A DNA stretch of 64,000 nt from an uncultured Candidatus Saccharibacteria bacterium (GTDB taxonomy: Bacteria; Patescibacteriota; Minisyncoccia; Phycocordibacterales; UBA9973): the NCBI GenBank assembly GCA_964563615.1, contig CAZLWF010000003.1:3237-67236 (forward strand), in the 5' to 3' direction. The number at the start of each line of letters is the position of its first letter. Position 1 is the stretch's first letter. Below are positions 1 through 9,574 of this stretch, piece after piece. Both the position numbers and the translations under genes were made by a program. The notes under the pieces are model-generated. The model was not told the DNA's origin, ran no database searches, and worked only from the letters and a program-made list of their open reading frames with translations.

Positions 1-2151
1 TGCCAATTTGACGATGTCAGCAGTTGCTGTACCTTGGATTGGCGCATTGATCGCCATTCGTTCTGCCATAGCACGTACAAATGGCATTTTGGATTTCAAT
101 CCCGGGAAATAACGCTTACGACCAAAGAGGGTTTTGGTATAGCCATACTTATACGCATCAGCTTTGACCGTATCTAAGTAGTCCCGAATCGTAGGAAATT
201 GTGCAAAGTAATTATCATAGAATTCCTGGGCAGTTTTCCGATCAGTACCGAGATTCTCCCTCAGTGCGGTAACGCCCATACCATAGAGAATGCCAAAATT
301 AATAACTTTGGCTCGGCGGCGCATTTCATTATCAACTTTATCTTCTGGTACACCGAACACTTTCGATGCAACCGCAGCGTGCACATCTTTGTCTTCTTGA
401 AAGACTTTAATCATAAAAGGATCCTGTGACAAAAGTGCAGCAATACGAAGCTCAATTTGAGAATAATCAAATGCTAAGAGCACACTTCCCTTTTTGGCAA
501 CAAAGGCATTGCGGATATTTCTACCAAGTTCTGTTCGGGTAGGAATATTTTGTAAATTTGGATCTTGGGAGGCAAACCTACCTGTTGTTGTACCTGCCTG
601 TATAAACTTGGCATGCAATCGTTTATCGTCACTAATAAGAAGCGGCAATGTGTCTATATATGTCGAAAGTAATTTCTGCAGTTCTCGGTGCAGTAATATA
701 TCGGCTACGATTGGATGAGCATCACGAAGCTTCACAAGTTCGCTTTCGCGCGTCGAACGGGCTCCGCCTGCTGTTTTCTTGAGTTTTGTGCCCGTACCTT
801 CGTTGATCGCTAGCTCATCGAAGAGTATATCTCCTAATTGCTTTGGCGAATTGATATTAAATTCTCTCCCTGCATGTTTCCATATTTTAGCTTCGAGACT
901 ATCAAGTTCCTTGTGGTAGGTCTTCGAAAGTTTTTCTAAATAAGCCTTGTCGACTTCGATACCTGTCTCATAGATACCGTCAACGATAGGGATAATCGGA
1001 AGCTCTATTTGTTCATATACATACGATAAATCATTGGTTTTGATGTCTTCTAGTATCTTTGCACGCGCAGTATCAAATGTCTCGACATGCGCATAAGCGA
1101 GCATGTCAGCCAGGGTAATGTTAGTTAGTTCTGAATTCAAAAGCCACAGAGCGATTGCAGTTTCATTAAATAGTTTCTGATCAACTTGCTCTTCTGGTAT
1201 TACTGTTTTTTCTTCTGGTGTAATTGCAACATTAAAAATTGTCCCGACTCGAGCAATAAGGCTTCGGAATTCATATTCGCGGAAAAGTGTTTCGATTTTA
1301 GGAACATCGATAGTATCTCGAAATGTTTTCTCTGGTAGTTGAAACGCTATAGCTGCATCACGCCTAATGGTTGCTAGGGTTTTTGAAAAGAGGGCTTCAT
1401 CTTCCCCTTCTTCGAGAAGCGTAATGATGCGGTCAGTTATGCCTGCTTTCTTGAAAGCGGCTTTGTCCTTTTTTAATTTTTTATATATCTCTTCGATGGT
1501 GCCGAATGTTTGAATAAGCGTTGTCGCTGTTTTCTCACCGATGCCTTTGATACCGATAATATTGTCAGATGGATCACCGCGAAGACCTTTATAGTCAACG
1601 AGAAGTTTTGGTTTGAAACCATAGCGAGCCACGACTAAGTCTTCATTATAGAGAATCGTGTCATTGATACCTTTCTTCAAGGTAAAGACTTGGACTTTAT
1701 CATCATCGACAAGTTGCAGTGTATCCATATCGCCTGAGGCAATAATAATATCTATCTCTTTATCTTTTTTCATATTCTCAACAATAGTTCCCAAGACATC
1801 ATCAGCTTCAAATCCTGGTGCATCATACATAGGAATATTGAATGCTTCGAATATGGTCCGAGAACTTTTGATCTGCGTGACGAGATCATCATCGGCTTTC
1901 ATGCGACCAGCTTTGTACGCATCATATGCTTCGTGGCGAAATGTTTTCTGAGGCAAGTCATAGGCGGCAACAATATAGTCAGGCTTCAAATCCGTAATGA
2001 TCTTCATAAGCATTGTCGATAGACCATAGAGTGCGCCGGTCGGTTCACCTTTTGAGCTCATAAAGTCAGGCAAGGCGTGATACGCCCGGTGAATAATTGC
2101 GTGAGAATCAAGTAAAATCAGGCGCTTTTTGGTAATTTTTTCTTTTGCCAT
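1..2151 (-). CDS. polA: DNA polymerase I, partial (C-terminal end runs off window start)
   Basis: Absent from the ORF track because it is open at the window edge. The reverse complement from the ATG at 2151..2149 reads MAKEKITKKRLILLDSHAIIHRAYHALPDF... (5'-3' exonuclease domain). The same frame at position 60..1 reads RMAINAPIQGTATADIVKLA. YSQIELRIAA and RRRAKVINFGILYGMG Pol A motifs appear between them. Confidence 0.9.
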   Translation of the reverse strand, partial: MAKEKITKKRLILLDSHAIIHRAYHALPDFMSSKGEPTGALYGLSTMLMKIITDLKPDYIVAAYDLPQKTFRHEAYDAYKAGRMKADDDLVTQIKSSRTIFEAFNIPMYDAPGFEADDVLGTIVENMKKDKEIDIIIASGDMDTLQLVDDDKVQVFTLKKGINDTILYNEDLVVARYGFKPKLLVDYKGLRGDPSDNIIGIKGIGEKTATTLIQTFGTIEEIYKKLKKDKAAFKKAGITDRIITLLEEGEDEALFSKTLATIRRDAAIAFQLPEKTFRDTIDVPKIETLFREYEFRSLIARVGTIFNVAITPEEKTVIPEEQVDQKLFNETAIALWLLNSELTNITLADMLAYAHVETFDTARAKILEDIKTNDLSYVYEQIELPIIPIVDGIYETGIEVDKAYLEKLSKTYHKELDSLEAKIWKHAGREFNINSPKQLGDILFDELAINEGTGTKLKKTAGGARSTRESELVKLRDAHPIVADILLHRELQKLLSTYIDTLPLLISDDKRLHAKFIQAGTTTGRFASQDPNLQNIPTRTELGRNIRNAFVAKKGSVLLAFDYSQIELRIAALLSQDPFMIKVFQEDKDVHAAVASKVFGVPEDKVDNEMRRRAKVINFGILYGMGVTALRENLGTDRKTAQEFYDNYFAQFPTIRDYLDTVKADAYKYGYTKTLFGRKRYFPGLKSKMPFVRAMAERMAINAPIQGTATADIVKLA

Positions 2152-2203
2152 AGATTGAGTATATCACTTTGTATAGTTTATTAGATTAGTTTTACTTCAA
2201 AAC

Positions 2204-2228
2204 AAAAACCCTCACTTGGAGGGTTTTA
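2204..2228. terminator. bidirectional stem-loop terminator (aaaaccctc / gagggtttt)
   Basis: GC stem flanked by an A-run and a T-run, immediately downstream of the stop of the 2247..3086 gene. Confidence 0.6.
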
Positions 2229-2246
2229 TTAAAAAATTCTTTATGC

Positions 2247-3086
2247 TTACTTGGGTCCTATTGGGGTCAGCAAATTGACTTTATCTAATGCATCGAGGAA
2301 TGTTTTTGACTTATCGACATTAGTCTTTTTTACGATATTTTCTGCCGCCTTTTCTCCGATTAGTTCAAGTTTTAATTGCACTCTGCTACGAACAGTATCG
2401 TCAACAAATTTTCGTTCGTAAATATCTACGTAGTGTTCGTACTCATCTAAATTACAAATAACTTCTGAATCTTTTTTAGAAATCATTTTCATCCTGTCTC
2501 TCATCACAGTTGTAAGTGAAGCAAACTGCACTGAACCTTGCATATACTCAGACAGCATCGTTAATCCAATGGGCCACTTCTGGTCTGACTTCCATGTATA
2601 CATCCCAGGGCTATGTAAATACAAATACAAGTCCCAAAGTTCATCATATGAAGCCACTTTCGCGATATAATCATTGGTAAGTTTCCACATATGCAAATCT
2701 GTTTGAACAATACAGTGTGTGGTAATTAGATTTTTTGTATTCTCAAATTTACTATCCTTTGTATAGTAAACATATGCACGTCGGAATTCTTCGAGGGCAA
2801 ATGCAGCCGTTGTATTAACGACACCATGTACACTGCGAACAACTGCGTTGATTATTTTCTCCCGGAGTATTGTTTCGATATTTTTGCTAATTATTTTATT
2901 TTTATCAAAATGAACTAGGTAAACGTCTTGATATATTGAACCATCAAGATTTTGGAATACCCCCTCTCTGAATCTTGCATTACAGGCAGTGTGGTACTTT
3001 GTCAGTTTCTTATTCTTATAATGTAGTTGAGTAATGAGTATTGAGACTCCTATTACTACAAGCACTAAAAGGATGATTATTCCCAT
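2247..3086 (-). CDS. hypothetical membrane-anchored protein (279 aa)
   Basis: Long ORF with an N-terminal hydrophobic helix (MGIIILLVLVVIGVSILITQL). I recognise no family motif. Confidence 0.7.
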   Translation of the reverse strand: MGIIILLVLVVIGVSILITQLHYKNKKLTKYHTACNARFREGVFQNLDGSIYQDVYLVHFDKNKIISKNIETILREKIINAVVRSVHGVVNTTAAFALEEFRRAYVYYTKDSKFENTKNLITTHCIVQTDLHMWKLTNDYIAKVASYDELWDLYLYLHSPGMYTWKSDQKWPIGLTMLSEYMQGSVQFASLTTVMRDRMKMISKKDSEVICNLDEYEHYVDIYERKFVDDTVRSRVQLKLELIGEKAAENIVKKTNVDKSKTFLDALDKVNLLTPIGPK

Positions 3087-3145
3087 TTTTTATTTTTTAA
3101 AGGTACGATTGAATGTGCAAATAATACTATAATTAGTAAGTTTTG

Positions 3146-3595
3146 TCAATCATGTATTTGTATTGAACGTTGCTTCCCTGTGTGTTCTAGGAGAATCTCA
3201 ATTGCATTTTTCGGTATTAATTTCTTCACGCGCTCTGGCCACTCAATCAAAATCAAATTTTCTGGATCAGCTATTATTTCTTGCCAGCCAAGTTTCTCCA
3301 ATTCCATTTCACTCTCTAATCTATAGGCATCAATATGTACGAGAAATCGAAAGCCGGAAGTCGAAAGTGGCATCTTGTAATTTTTCATAATGACGTACGT
3401 AGGAGAATTGACGTTTTCCTTGATACCAAGCTGTCTGGCAATTTGCTGGGTCAACGTTGTCTTCCCTGCGCCGAGCTCACCAGAGAGTGCAATAATTTGT
3501 GCTTTGCGGTGAGTCGAAAGTCTTAAAGTCAAAAGTTGTTTCAAAATTTCTTTGGCTATACCTGGAAGTTCTTTTTCAGTAAATATCCTTTTCAT
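3146..3595 (-). CDS. tsaE: tRNA t6A37 threonylcarbamoyl-transfer ATPase TsaE
   Basis: 149 aa with the P-loop GELGAGKTTLTQ followed by SPTY and HIDAYRL, typical of the TsaE/YjeE family. Confidence 0.85.
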   Translation of the reverse strand: MKRIFTEKELPGIAKEILKQLLTLRLSTHRKAQIIALSGELGAGKTTLTQQIARQLGIKENVNSPTYVIMKNYKMPLSTSGFRFLVHIDAYRLESEMELEKLGWQEIIADPENLILIEWPERVKKLIPKNAIEILLEHTGKQRSIQIHD

Positions 3596-3632
3596 TCCTG
3601 CACTATATCACAACCTTGTCTTTGAAACGGAG

Positions 3633-3711
3633 TAATCAAATATTTTGAGCCGAACATTGTTTGAGCCCCGCTCATGCGGGGCGAGTTTGAGAGGCAAAAA
3701 ATATTTGATTA
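3633..3711 (-). repeat. intergenic long-hairpin repeat, variant copy G
   Basis: Perfect 14-bp outer stem taatcaaatatttt / aaaatatttgatta. It encloses TGTTTGA-[GCCCCGC tcat GCGGGGC]-GAGTT, the same context as copies C, D and F but with a different apical hairpin. Confidence 0.6.
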
Positions 3712-3736
3712 TGAAGTGCCAGAAAAAATAATGTAC

Positions 3737-3766
3737 AAAAAATCACCCCGTGTGGGGTGATTTTTT
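3737..3766. terminator. intrinsic terminator (atcacccc gtgt ggggtgat) flanked by A6/T6
   Basis: Perfect 8-bp GC-rich stem with U-runs on both strands, 15 nt downstream of the stop of 3781..5940. Confidence 0.8.
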
Positions 3767-3780
3767 GTTGTTGTGTTCTC

Positions 3781-5940
3781 TTAACTAAACATTGGTCCTG
3801 TTGGTCCAGGTCGGCGAGACATATAGAGTCGTCGAGCGAGGTAAACGAGAGCAAGGATGATTAGGAGAAGGAGCAACCAGCCAAATAGTGAGTTTGGAAA
3901 GAATCCAAATCCAGCTAAGAAGGCAAGACCAGCAAGTGCGTTTCTGACATTATTTACATGGTTGATTTCGTATGCTGTTGCTTCTTGCTGAGCACCATTC
4001 GTATTGGTATAGACCAAGTTTGCTGTTGCAACCAAGGTATCACCGTAGCGAGCTACACCAGCAACCTGACCTGAGAGGTAGTATGTGCCTGTCTGATTAG
4101 GGATAAGTGTACCAAGTTCTATCGTCAATGCATTATCTGCATTTGAGAAGAAGCCAGTTGAAGAGTTACGGTAGGAAATATCTTGTGGCAAGATAACACG
4201 TAAGATTGCATTCTGGAGTGTTCGTCCACTGATATTTTTGTAGATAACTGTGTAATCAATGATATCGCCGACATACACGTTTTCATATCGTGAATCGATT
4301 GTAAGCATGATGTCGCCGTTACCATTACCTGTACCAATAACGGTACCTGTATGAATAACAATTGGTGCTGGAGCAACACTAGTTGAAAGTGTTCGGAATG
4401 AAAGTATCTGACCGTACTTTAAGGTGCCATCATTTGCACGAGCAACTGCACGGAAGTAATAGGTAGTATTTGAACTAAGTCCTGTTACTGTATTGAAGAA
4501 GCTAAGTGTACTGTTGGTACCGAGTACTTGCTGCGTTGAGTATTGACCCATTGAAGTCGAAGGGCCATATTCGAACCAGCCAGTGACACTATCATTTGAA
4601 CTGTTAAGGACAAGTGCATTTAGTACTGCGCTTGATTGTGTGATTGATGAAGCAGGAGTTGTGGTAACTGATACATTACTGTATATGATACCGCCTGTCG
4701 TCGTAAAGTTTAGTACTTGTCCGCAAACTGGACCTGAACTAGACACTGTACTCTGTGCACAAGCTTTGTAGTAGTACACATGATTAGGAGATAGACCATA
4801 GAGTGAATAGTTGAAACTACCAGAGTATGATTGTGTACCTGAAGCATAGACAGTGTTACCTAAGTTATATGTACTATTTGATGTACCCCATTCAAACCAT
4901 CGAGTAATATTTGCAGATGATGAATTGTTTGTACTAACGTATCCTTGGAGTATTGCTGATGTATCAGTAATGTTTGTTGGATAGTTTGTGGTAACCGTTA
5001 GACTAGTGTTGTTTGAACCGTTGTAGAGATTTTCTGAATCAGTGTAAGAAACACAATCAGGATCATATGGGTAGTCTACATAGCCGTCACCATCGTTATC
5101 GAGATGGTCGTTACATGTATACACGGTTTGACCATTGAATACGTTTTCAGAATCAGTATATGATGTACAGTCTGGATCAGACGCGTAGCCATTATAACCA
5201 CCGTAGTCTATGTAGCCGTCACCATCGTTATCGAGGTGATCACTACAGGTAGTCAATATTTGACCGTTAAAAACATTTTCTGAATCAGTTAGTGAACTAC
5301 AATCTGGATCAGATGGATAGTCTATATAACTATCACCGTCGTTATCAATATTGTCATTACAAGTAGCAGTCGCAACTGTATCTTTACTGATAAGGTATTG
5401 TACGCGGAGGTAGCCTTGTGTTGACCAACCAGGAGCAATGTTACCAATATTAATACCACTAGTGAAAAGTTCACTATCACCTATAGTCTGTTGCGTAGTC
5501 TGATTTGGAAACCAAACTGCTGAACCAGGAATGTAGGCCATGGTTTGTGGAGATGAGATTGCAATCGTTACTGAATCTGAGATACCGCTGTATCCATCAG
5601 CAGTAATCGTTGCTGTGTAGTTGAAACTCGTGCCTTCAGTAGGGCCAGTTGTTGATGGTGACATTTTGATGCGAGTATTATTCGCAGTTGTCGTACCAGT
5701 GTTGTGGTAGTAGATATCAAAAGATATAGTATCACCGCCATCGGCAGAAACTGTTGTTGAAATCCAGTTTGAACTGTTAGGATACTTTGTCGCATTGATT
5801 GCGCGAAGTGTCGCATAGTCCTGTGGATCATTATTAAAGCTTACAAACGCTTGCGCGCTATGTGTCACACCAAATACTCCAACACTGAAAACAGCGAGGA
5901 AGGCGAACACGGTAGCGACTTTTGTTATATATGTTTTCAT
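3781..5940 (-). CDS. large secreted/cell-surface protein with 3 Cys-flanked Asp-rich (DxDxDG-like) repeats, beta-rich domains and a C-terminal TM anchor
   Basis: 719 aa. Signal peptide MKTYITKVATVFAFLAVFSVGVFGVTHSAQA. Three tandem repeats of C(N/S)D(N/H)(I/L)DNDGD(S/G)Y(I/V)DY...DPDC.S.TDSEN.(F/Y)NG. C-terminal hydrophobic segment LFGWLLLLLIILALVYLARRLY. Confidence 0.8.
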   Translation of the reverse strand: MKTYITKVATVFAFLAVFSVGVFGVTHSAQAFVSFNNDPQDYATLRAINATKYPNSSNWISTTVSADGGDTISFDIYYHNTGTTTANNTRIKMSPSTTGPTEGTSFNYTATITADGYSGISDSVTIAISSPQTMAYIPGSAVWFPNQTTQQTIGDSELFTSGINIGNIAPGWSTQGYLRVQYLISKDTVATATCNDNIDNDGDSYIDYPSDPDCSSLTDSENVFNGQILTTCSDHLDNDGDGYIDYGGYNGYASDPDCTSYTDSENVFNGQTVYTCNDHLDNDGDGYVDYPYDPDCVSYTDSENLYNGSNNTSLTVTTNYPTNITDTSAILQGYVSTNNSSSANITRWFEWGTSNSTYNLGNTVYASGTQSYSGSFNYSLYGLSPNHVYYYKACAQSTVSSSGPVCGQVLNFTTTGGIIYSNVSVTTTPASSITQSSAVLNALVLNSSNDSVTGWFEYGPSTSMGQYSTQQVLGTNSTLSFFNTVTGLSSNTTYYFRAVARANDGTLKYGQILSFRTLSTSVAPAPIVIHTGTVIGTGNGNGDIMLTIDSRYENVYVGDIIDYTVIYKNISGRTLQNAILRVILPQDISYRNSSTGFFSNADNALTIELGTLIPNQTGTYYLSGQVAGVARYGDTLVATANLVYTNTNGAQQEATAYEINHVNNVRNALAGLAFLAGFGFFPNSLFGWLLLLLIILALVYLARRLYMSRRPGPTGPMFS

Positions 5941-6128
5941 ATTTTTATTGTGATTAAGCGCACCTAATAACTTGTTATACTATAATAATAGCATATTTTA
6001 ATAAATAAGTCAATAGTATACTAACTCTAAGTTTTTGGCCTAGTTTTATTACTTTTTACCCTATTAAACTGCTAACTACATCTTTTAGGCCTCAATCAAT
6101 CTATATGACGATTAAGAACTAAAAATGT

Positions 6129-6166
6129 AGTACGATTTGTTTCATAAAAATGAAACAAATCGTACT
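6129..6166. terminator. 17-bp perfect stem-loop downstream of 6188..7147
   Basis: agtacgatttgtttcat aaaa atgaaacaaatcgtact, 22 nt after the stop codon. Confidence 0.7.
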
Positions 6167-6187
6167 TATGCTTAATTTTGCAAGCTA

Positions 6188-7147
6188 TTATTGGGGATAA
6201 TATACCCCGTTTAATACATACCCTCCACCGGACCCACCTGATGTGTTAGTCCAAGGACCATTGGTCCCCGTACTACCACCAGTGTTTGTTCCTGTGCCCG
6301 TACCCGTACTTCCATTATTAAATGGGTATCCGCTTGGGTTGGCATACCCAGGGATAGATCCTACTTGGTTGTTCCCATCTAATATCTCAGTGAGAATCCA
6401 AGCTCCAGCAACTGCGCCAGCACCTACAACATATTTCCAGTTTTTCTTCGGACACTTGTCGCAGGTAGGCTCGACAGGAGTTACTGGAGGAGGAGCAGGT
6501 GGAGTTACTGGAGGAGGCATCAAGTATACAATTTGCGGATTTGGTGGTACCGGAGGATGATAATTCGCACTGGCCAAACGAGCAGTGGTATCTGCATAAT
6601 GGTTGCCGTTGTTATTGCCATTATTATTCCCGGCATTAACAAAGATGTTTGTCACACCACCTGGTGTGGTTGATACAGATGTAACTTTTGTAAAGCCAGT
6701 AGCACGCAACTCTGCCATAAAATTAAAACAATTCACTGATTGAACCAGTTTCCCATTTGATGCGTAAACTCCCCATTCGTTAGTAAGATTACCTCGGAAC
6801 GATTTATACTGGAAGGTACCATCAGGATTCTGGCCAATGGAAATATTTACATCACCTGCATTAAAGCTTAGTGGTGCAACATATGAGCCTTGAATTGCCT
6901 CTAAAAGATCTTCTTTGAAAACAATCGGTATGCCGGCATTTCTGTAACTTTGTGCTAAACCATTTTGATAAGTTATAGCGTTATAGCTAAGAATCCCATC
7001 CGCATCGGAGTCATTTTCAACTATTGTATACATTACGCTTGTGCAGTCTTCGGGTTTAACCGATCCTGCTGTTTTTAATGTCGAAGGTCCTCCATAGGCA
7101 ACCCCGACTCCTTGCAAAATTAAGAAAATTAAGAACATTTTTTTCAT
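6188..7147 (-). CDS. hypothetical secreted protein with Pro-rich linker, TM segment and Gly/Thr/Asn-rich tail
   Basis: 319 aa. Signal peptide MKKMFLIFLILQGVGVAYG, PPVPPNPQ...PPPVTPPAPPPVTP, hydrophobic YVVGAGAVAGAWILTEIL, then low-complexity GSTGTGTGTNTGGSTG. Confidence 0.7.
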   Translation of the reverse strand: MKKMFLIFLILQGVGVAYGGPSTLKTAGSVKPEDCTSVMYTIVENDSDADGILSYNAITYQNGLAQSYRNAGIPIVFKEDLLEAIQGSYVAPLSFNAGDVNISIGQNPDGTFQYKSFRGNLTNEWGVYASNGKLVQSVNCFNFMAELRATGFTKVTSVSTTPGGVTNIFVNAGNNNGNNNGNHYADTTARLASANYHPPVPPNPQIVYLMPPPVTPPAPPPVTPVEPTCDKCPKKNWKYVVGAGAVAGAWILTEILDGNNQVGSIPGYANPSGYPFNNGSTGTGTGTNTGGSTGTNGPWTNTSGGSGGGYVLNGVYYPQ

Positions 7148-7291
7148 AGTCTATCGTTTAAGGTATTATGAATTTTTTGGTTTATTACCTATATCCTATC
7201 ATATTTAACTATATATGTCAATAGCTTATGGTAATCTAAAAAGAGCTCTATTTCCTTCGTTTTTAGCACATTTCCTTGTATTATAAGGACA

Positions 7292-8989
7292 ATGATTCAA
7301 TTCGATGAGGATAAACAAAACAAACGACTCGAAGACCTACACAAACTAGAGGAGGAAGAGTTGGTCAAAGTTCTTGCTGCTGCAAAGTATGATATTCCCT
7401 ATGTTGATCTCTCAAGCGTCACTATCGAAAATGAGGCACTTCGTATGATTAGCGAACCCGAAGCACGCAAGGCCGAAGTTGCAGCATTTAAAATCGCTGG
7501 CAAAACCATCGACGTCGCTGTACGATCTCCTGTCCGTGAAGAGCTCGCTTCGATTCGCGACTCTCTCGAGAAGCAAAACTATAGCGTACAATTTTTCATG
7601 GCATCCCATGCTAGCCTCGAGAAAGCGTGGAGTCGCTATGCTGAGCTTTCTATGGCATCAGCTTCCAAAGCCGGAGGCATCGATATTTCCGGTGAAGCGC
7701 TCGAAGAGATAGCCGAGAAAGTACATTCGATCAAAGATGTTGCACATGTCGTAGAAGAAGTTACCAGCGAAAGCAAGACTCACAAGCTCTCACACATGCT
7801 TGAGATTATTTTAGGCGGCGCGATCGCTATCAAAGCGTCCGACATCCATATCGAACCCGAAGAAGATCATGTGCGTTTGCGCTTCCGACTCGATGGTGTA
7901 CTCGAAGACATATTGACCTTTCCGCACGACACGAATAAGCTATTAAATTCACGTATCAAGCTCATTTCAGGACTTAAGCTCACCATGAAAAGCATTGCTC
8001 AAGACGGACGCTTCAGTATATTTATGAAAGATGGCACTGAGATTAGTATGCGTGTGTCGATCATTCCTGGAGCATATGGCGAGTCAGTTGTTATGCGTAT
8101 TTTGGATCCGAAATCTATTCAAGTAAAACTCGAAGACATAGGCATAGCCAAACGACTCTTTGAACTCATGGATCGTGAAATCAAGAAGCCAAACGGATTG
8201 ATATTACTCACAGGTCCGACTGGTTCCGGTAAAACGACGACACTCTATGCTTTCTTGCGCCGTATATATTCTGCTGAAATAAAAATCATCACTATCGAAG
8301 ATCCTATCGAATATCACCTGCCTGGCATTACACAGACACAAGTTGAGAATAATTATTCGTTCCTCGATGGCTTGCGGGCAGCGCTTCGTCAAGATCCAGA
8401 CGTCATCATGGTTGGTGAAATCCGAGATGCTGAAACAGCCAAAATCGCTGTTGAATCAGCATTGACTGGGCATTTGGTCTTCTCAACACTTCATACGAAT
8501 AACGCCGGTGGTGTTATTCCTCGATTGATCGATCTTGAAGTCAATCCAAAAATTATGGCAGCGGCACTGAGGCTTTCTATCGCACAACGACTCGTCCGCA
8601 AGCTCTGTCCTGTCTGCAAGAAAGAACATGTCCCGACTGACAGTGAATCTACAAAGATTAAAAGTATCCTAACGACAGCAATCGCTAATGGCAAAAACCT
8701 CACTGAGTATGGCATTGATCCAAATGCACCGATCAAGCTCTGGGATCCTGTTGGCTGTGATAAATGTAATACCACAGGTTACAAAGGCCGCATGGGTATA
8801 TACGAAGCCATCTACACTGATGAAGCAGTTGAGAAAATAATTCCCCTTAATCCAAGCGAGCGAGAAATCAAAGCTGCCGCACTTTCCCAGGGCACACTCG
8901 ATATGAAAGAAGACGGTATTGTGAAAGTACTTTTGGGTATCACTTCTTATGATGAAGTCAAAAGTGTCGTTGATTTGGATGAAGAATAA
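7292..8989 (+). CDS. pilB: GspE/PilB-family secretion or type IV pilus assembly ATPase
   Basis: 565 aa. Walker A LLTGPTGSGKTTTLY, Asp/His box region DPDVIMVGEIRD...TGHLVFSTLHTN, and tetracysteine CPVCKK...CDKCNTTGYKGR, typical of PilB/GspE. Confidence 0.85.
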   Translation: MIQFDEDKQNKRLEDLHKLEEEELVKVLAAAKYDIPYVDLSSVTIENEALRMISEPEARKAEVAAFKIAGKTIDVAVRSPVREELASIRDSLEKQNYSVQFFMASHASLEKAWSRYAELSMASASKAGGIDISGEALEEIAEKVHSIKDVAHVVEEVTSESKTHKLSHMLEIILGGAIAIKASDIHIEPEEDHVRLRFRLDGVLEDILTFPHDTNKLLNSRIKLISGLKLTMKSIAQDGRFSIFMKDGTEISMRVSIIPGAYGESVVMRILDPKSIQVKLEDIGIAKRLFELMDREIKKPNGLILLTGPTGSGKTTTLYAFLRRIYSAEIKIITIEDPIEYHLPGITQTQVENNYSFLDGLRAALRQDPDVIMVGEIRDAETAKIAVESALTGHLVFSTLHTNNAGGVIPRLIDLEVNPKIMAAALRLSIAQRLVRKLCPVCKKEHVPTDSESTKIKSILTTAIANGKNLTEYGIDPNAPIKLWDPVGCDKCNTTGYKGRMGIYEAIYTDEAVEKIIPLNPSEREIKAAALSQGTLDMKEDGIVKVLLGITSYDEVKSVVDLDEE

Positions 8990-9110
8990 TTGCTTTGATT
9001 ATATATTTAAAGAGTACGGATATTTTTGTACTCAAAAATTCCTCGAGTTCGCGCCGCCGCACTCGCTAGTCTCTTAAAATATATAATTCAAGCAATGGGG
9101 GTAGTTAGGA

Positions 9111-9196
9111 AAAATAAAAGACACAATTTTTGTAGTGAGGACAAGCGCGACCTATCGTCTGCGCCCCGCAACAAAAAAATTGTGTTTTTTATTTTT
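9111..9196 (-). repeat. intergenic bulged-hairpin repeat, copy A
   Basis: About 21-bp outer stem (aaaataaaagacacaattttt / aaaaattgtgttttttatttt, 1 mismatch) enclosing GTAGTGAGGAC-[GCGCGAC ctatc GTCTGCGC]-CCCGCAAC. Confidence 0.7.
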
Positions 9197-9215
9197 TACT
9201 CAAATTCTTTTATAC

Positions 9216-9385
9216 AAAAGAAAAAACATGAATCTCTAAACAATCCTTATAACGCTAGGCGCCATAAGTAACACAAGTTTGAAGGATGGCCCCAGCGCTC
9301 TTAATAAATTAAGTGCCAAAGCGTCCTACGCACAAGCATAGAGATAAATCTGATTGCTTAGAGATTCATGTCCTCTCAAAGTTTC
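9216..9385 (-). ncRNA. candidate small RNA (~165 nt), unclassified
   Basis: A 14-bp perfect closing stem (9226-9239 with 9358-9371) extends by CAATC/GATTG. On the minus strand it is followed by UUUUUUCUUUU. Minus-strand promoter-like TTGGTG-N16-TATACT lies at 9393-9420. There is no ORF, and the interior is GC-rich in a 585-bp intergenic gap. Confidence 0.45.
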
Positions 9386-9574
9386 TATACAAAGTATACC
9401 GTGGTTGCAAGTACCACCAAGCCTTATTTCTAAAGGTTTTGTGGAAATGCTGTGGAAAAATAAAAATCACTGGAGTTTCTAAATCTCCTTGATTTATATG
9501 GGTAATGGTATACTTGGGAGGTCTTATTAACCTAAAAGGTTTTCACTGAGGAGAGTATAGCATATATAAACTTT

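Noticed and set aside
5017-5361. Possible CRISPR or other non-coding tandem repeat
   Set aside because: The periodicity lies inside a continuous ORF and corresponds to protein repeats. There are no spacer-like unique segments of constant length and no cas genes.
9111-9196. Integron attC site interpretation of the hairpin repeats (GTTGCGG / CCGCAAC ends)
   Set aside because: The ends do not fit the GTTRRRY / RYYYAAC core. There is no intI gene and no cassette-like ORF organisation, and the copies are scattered among core genes.
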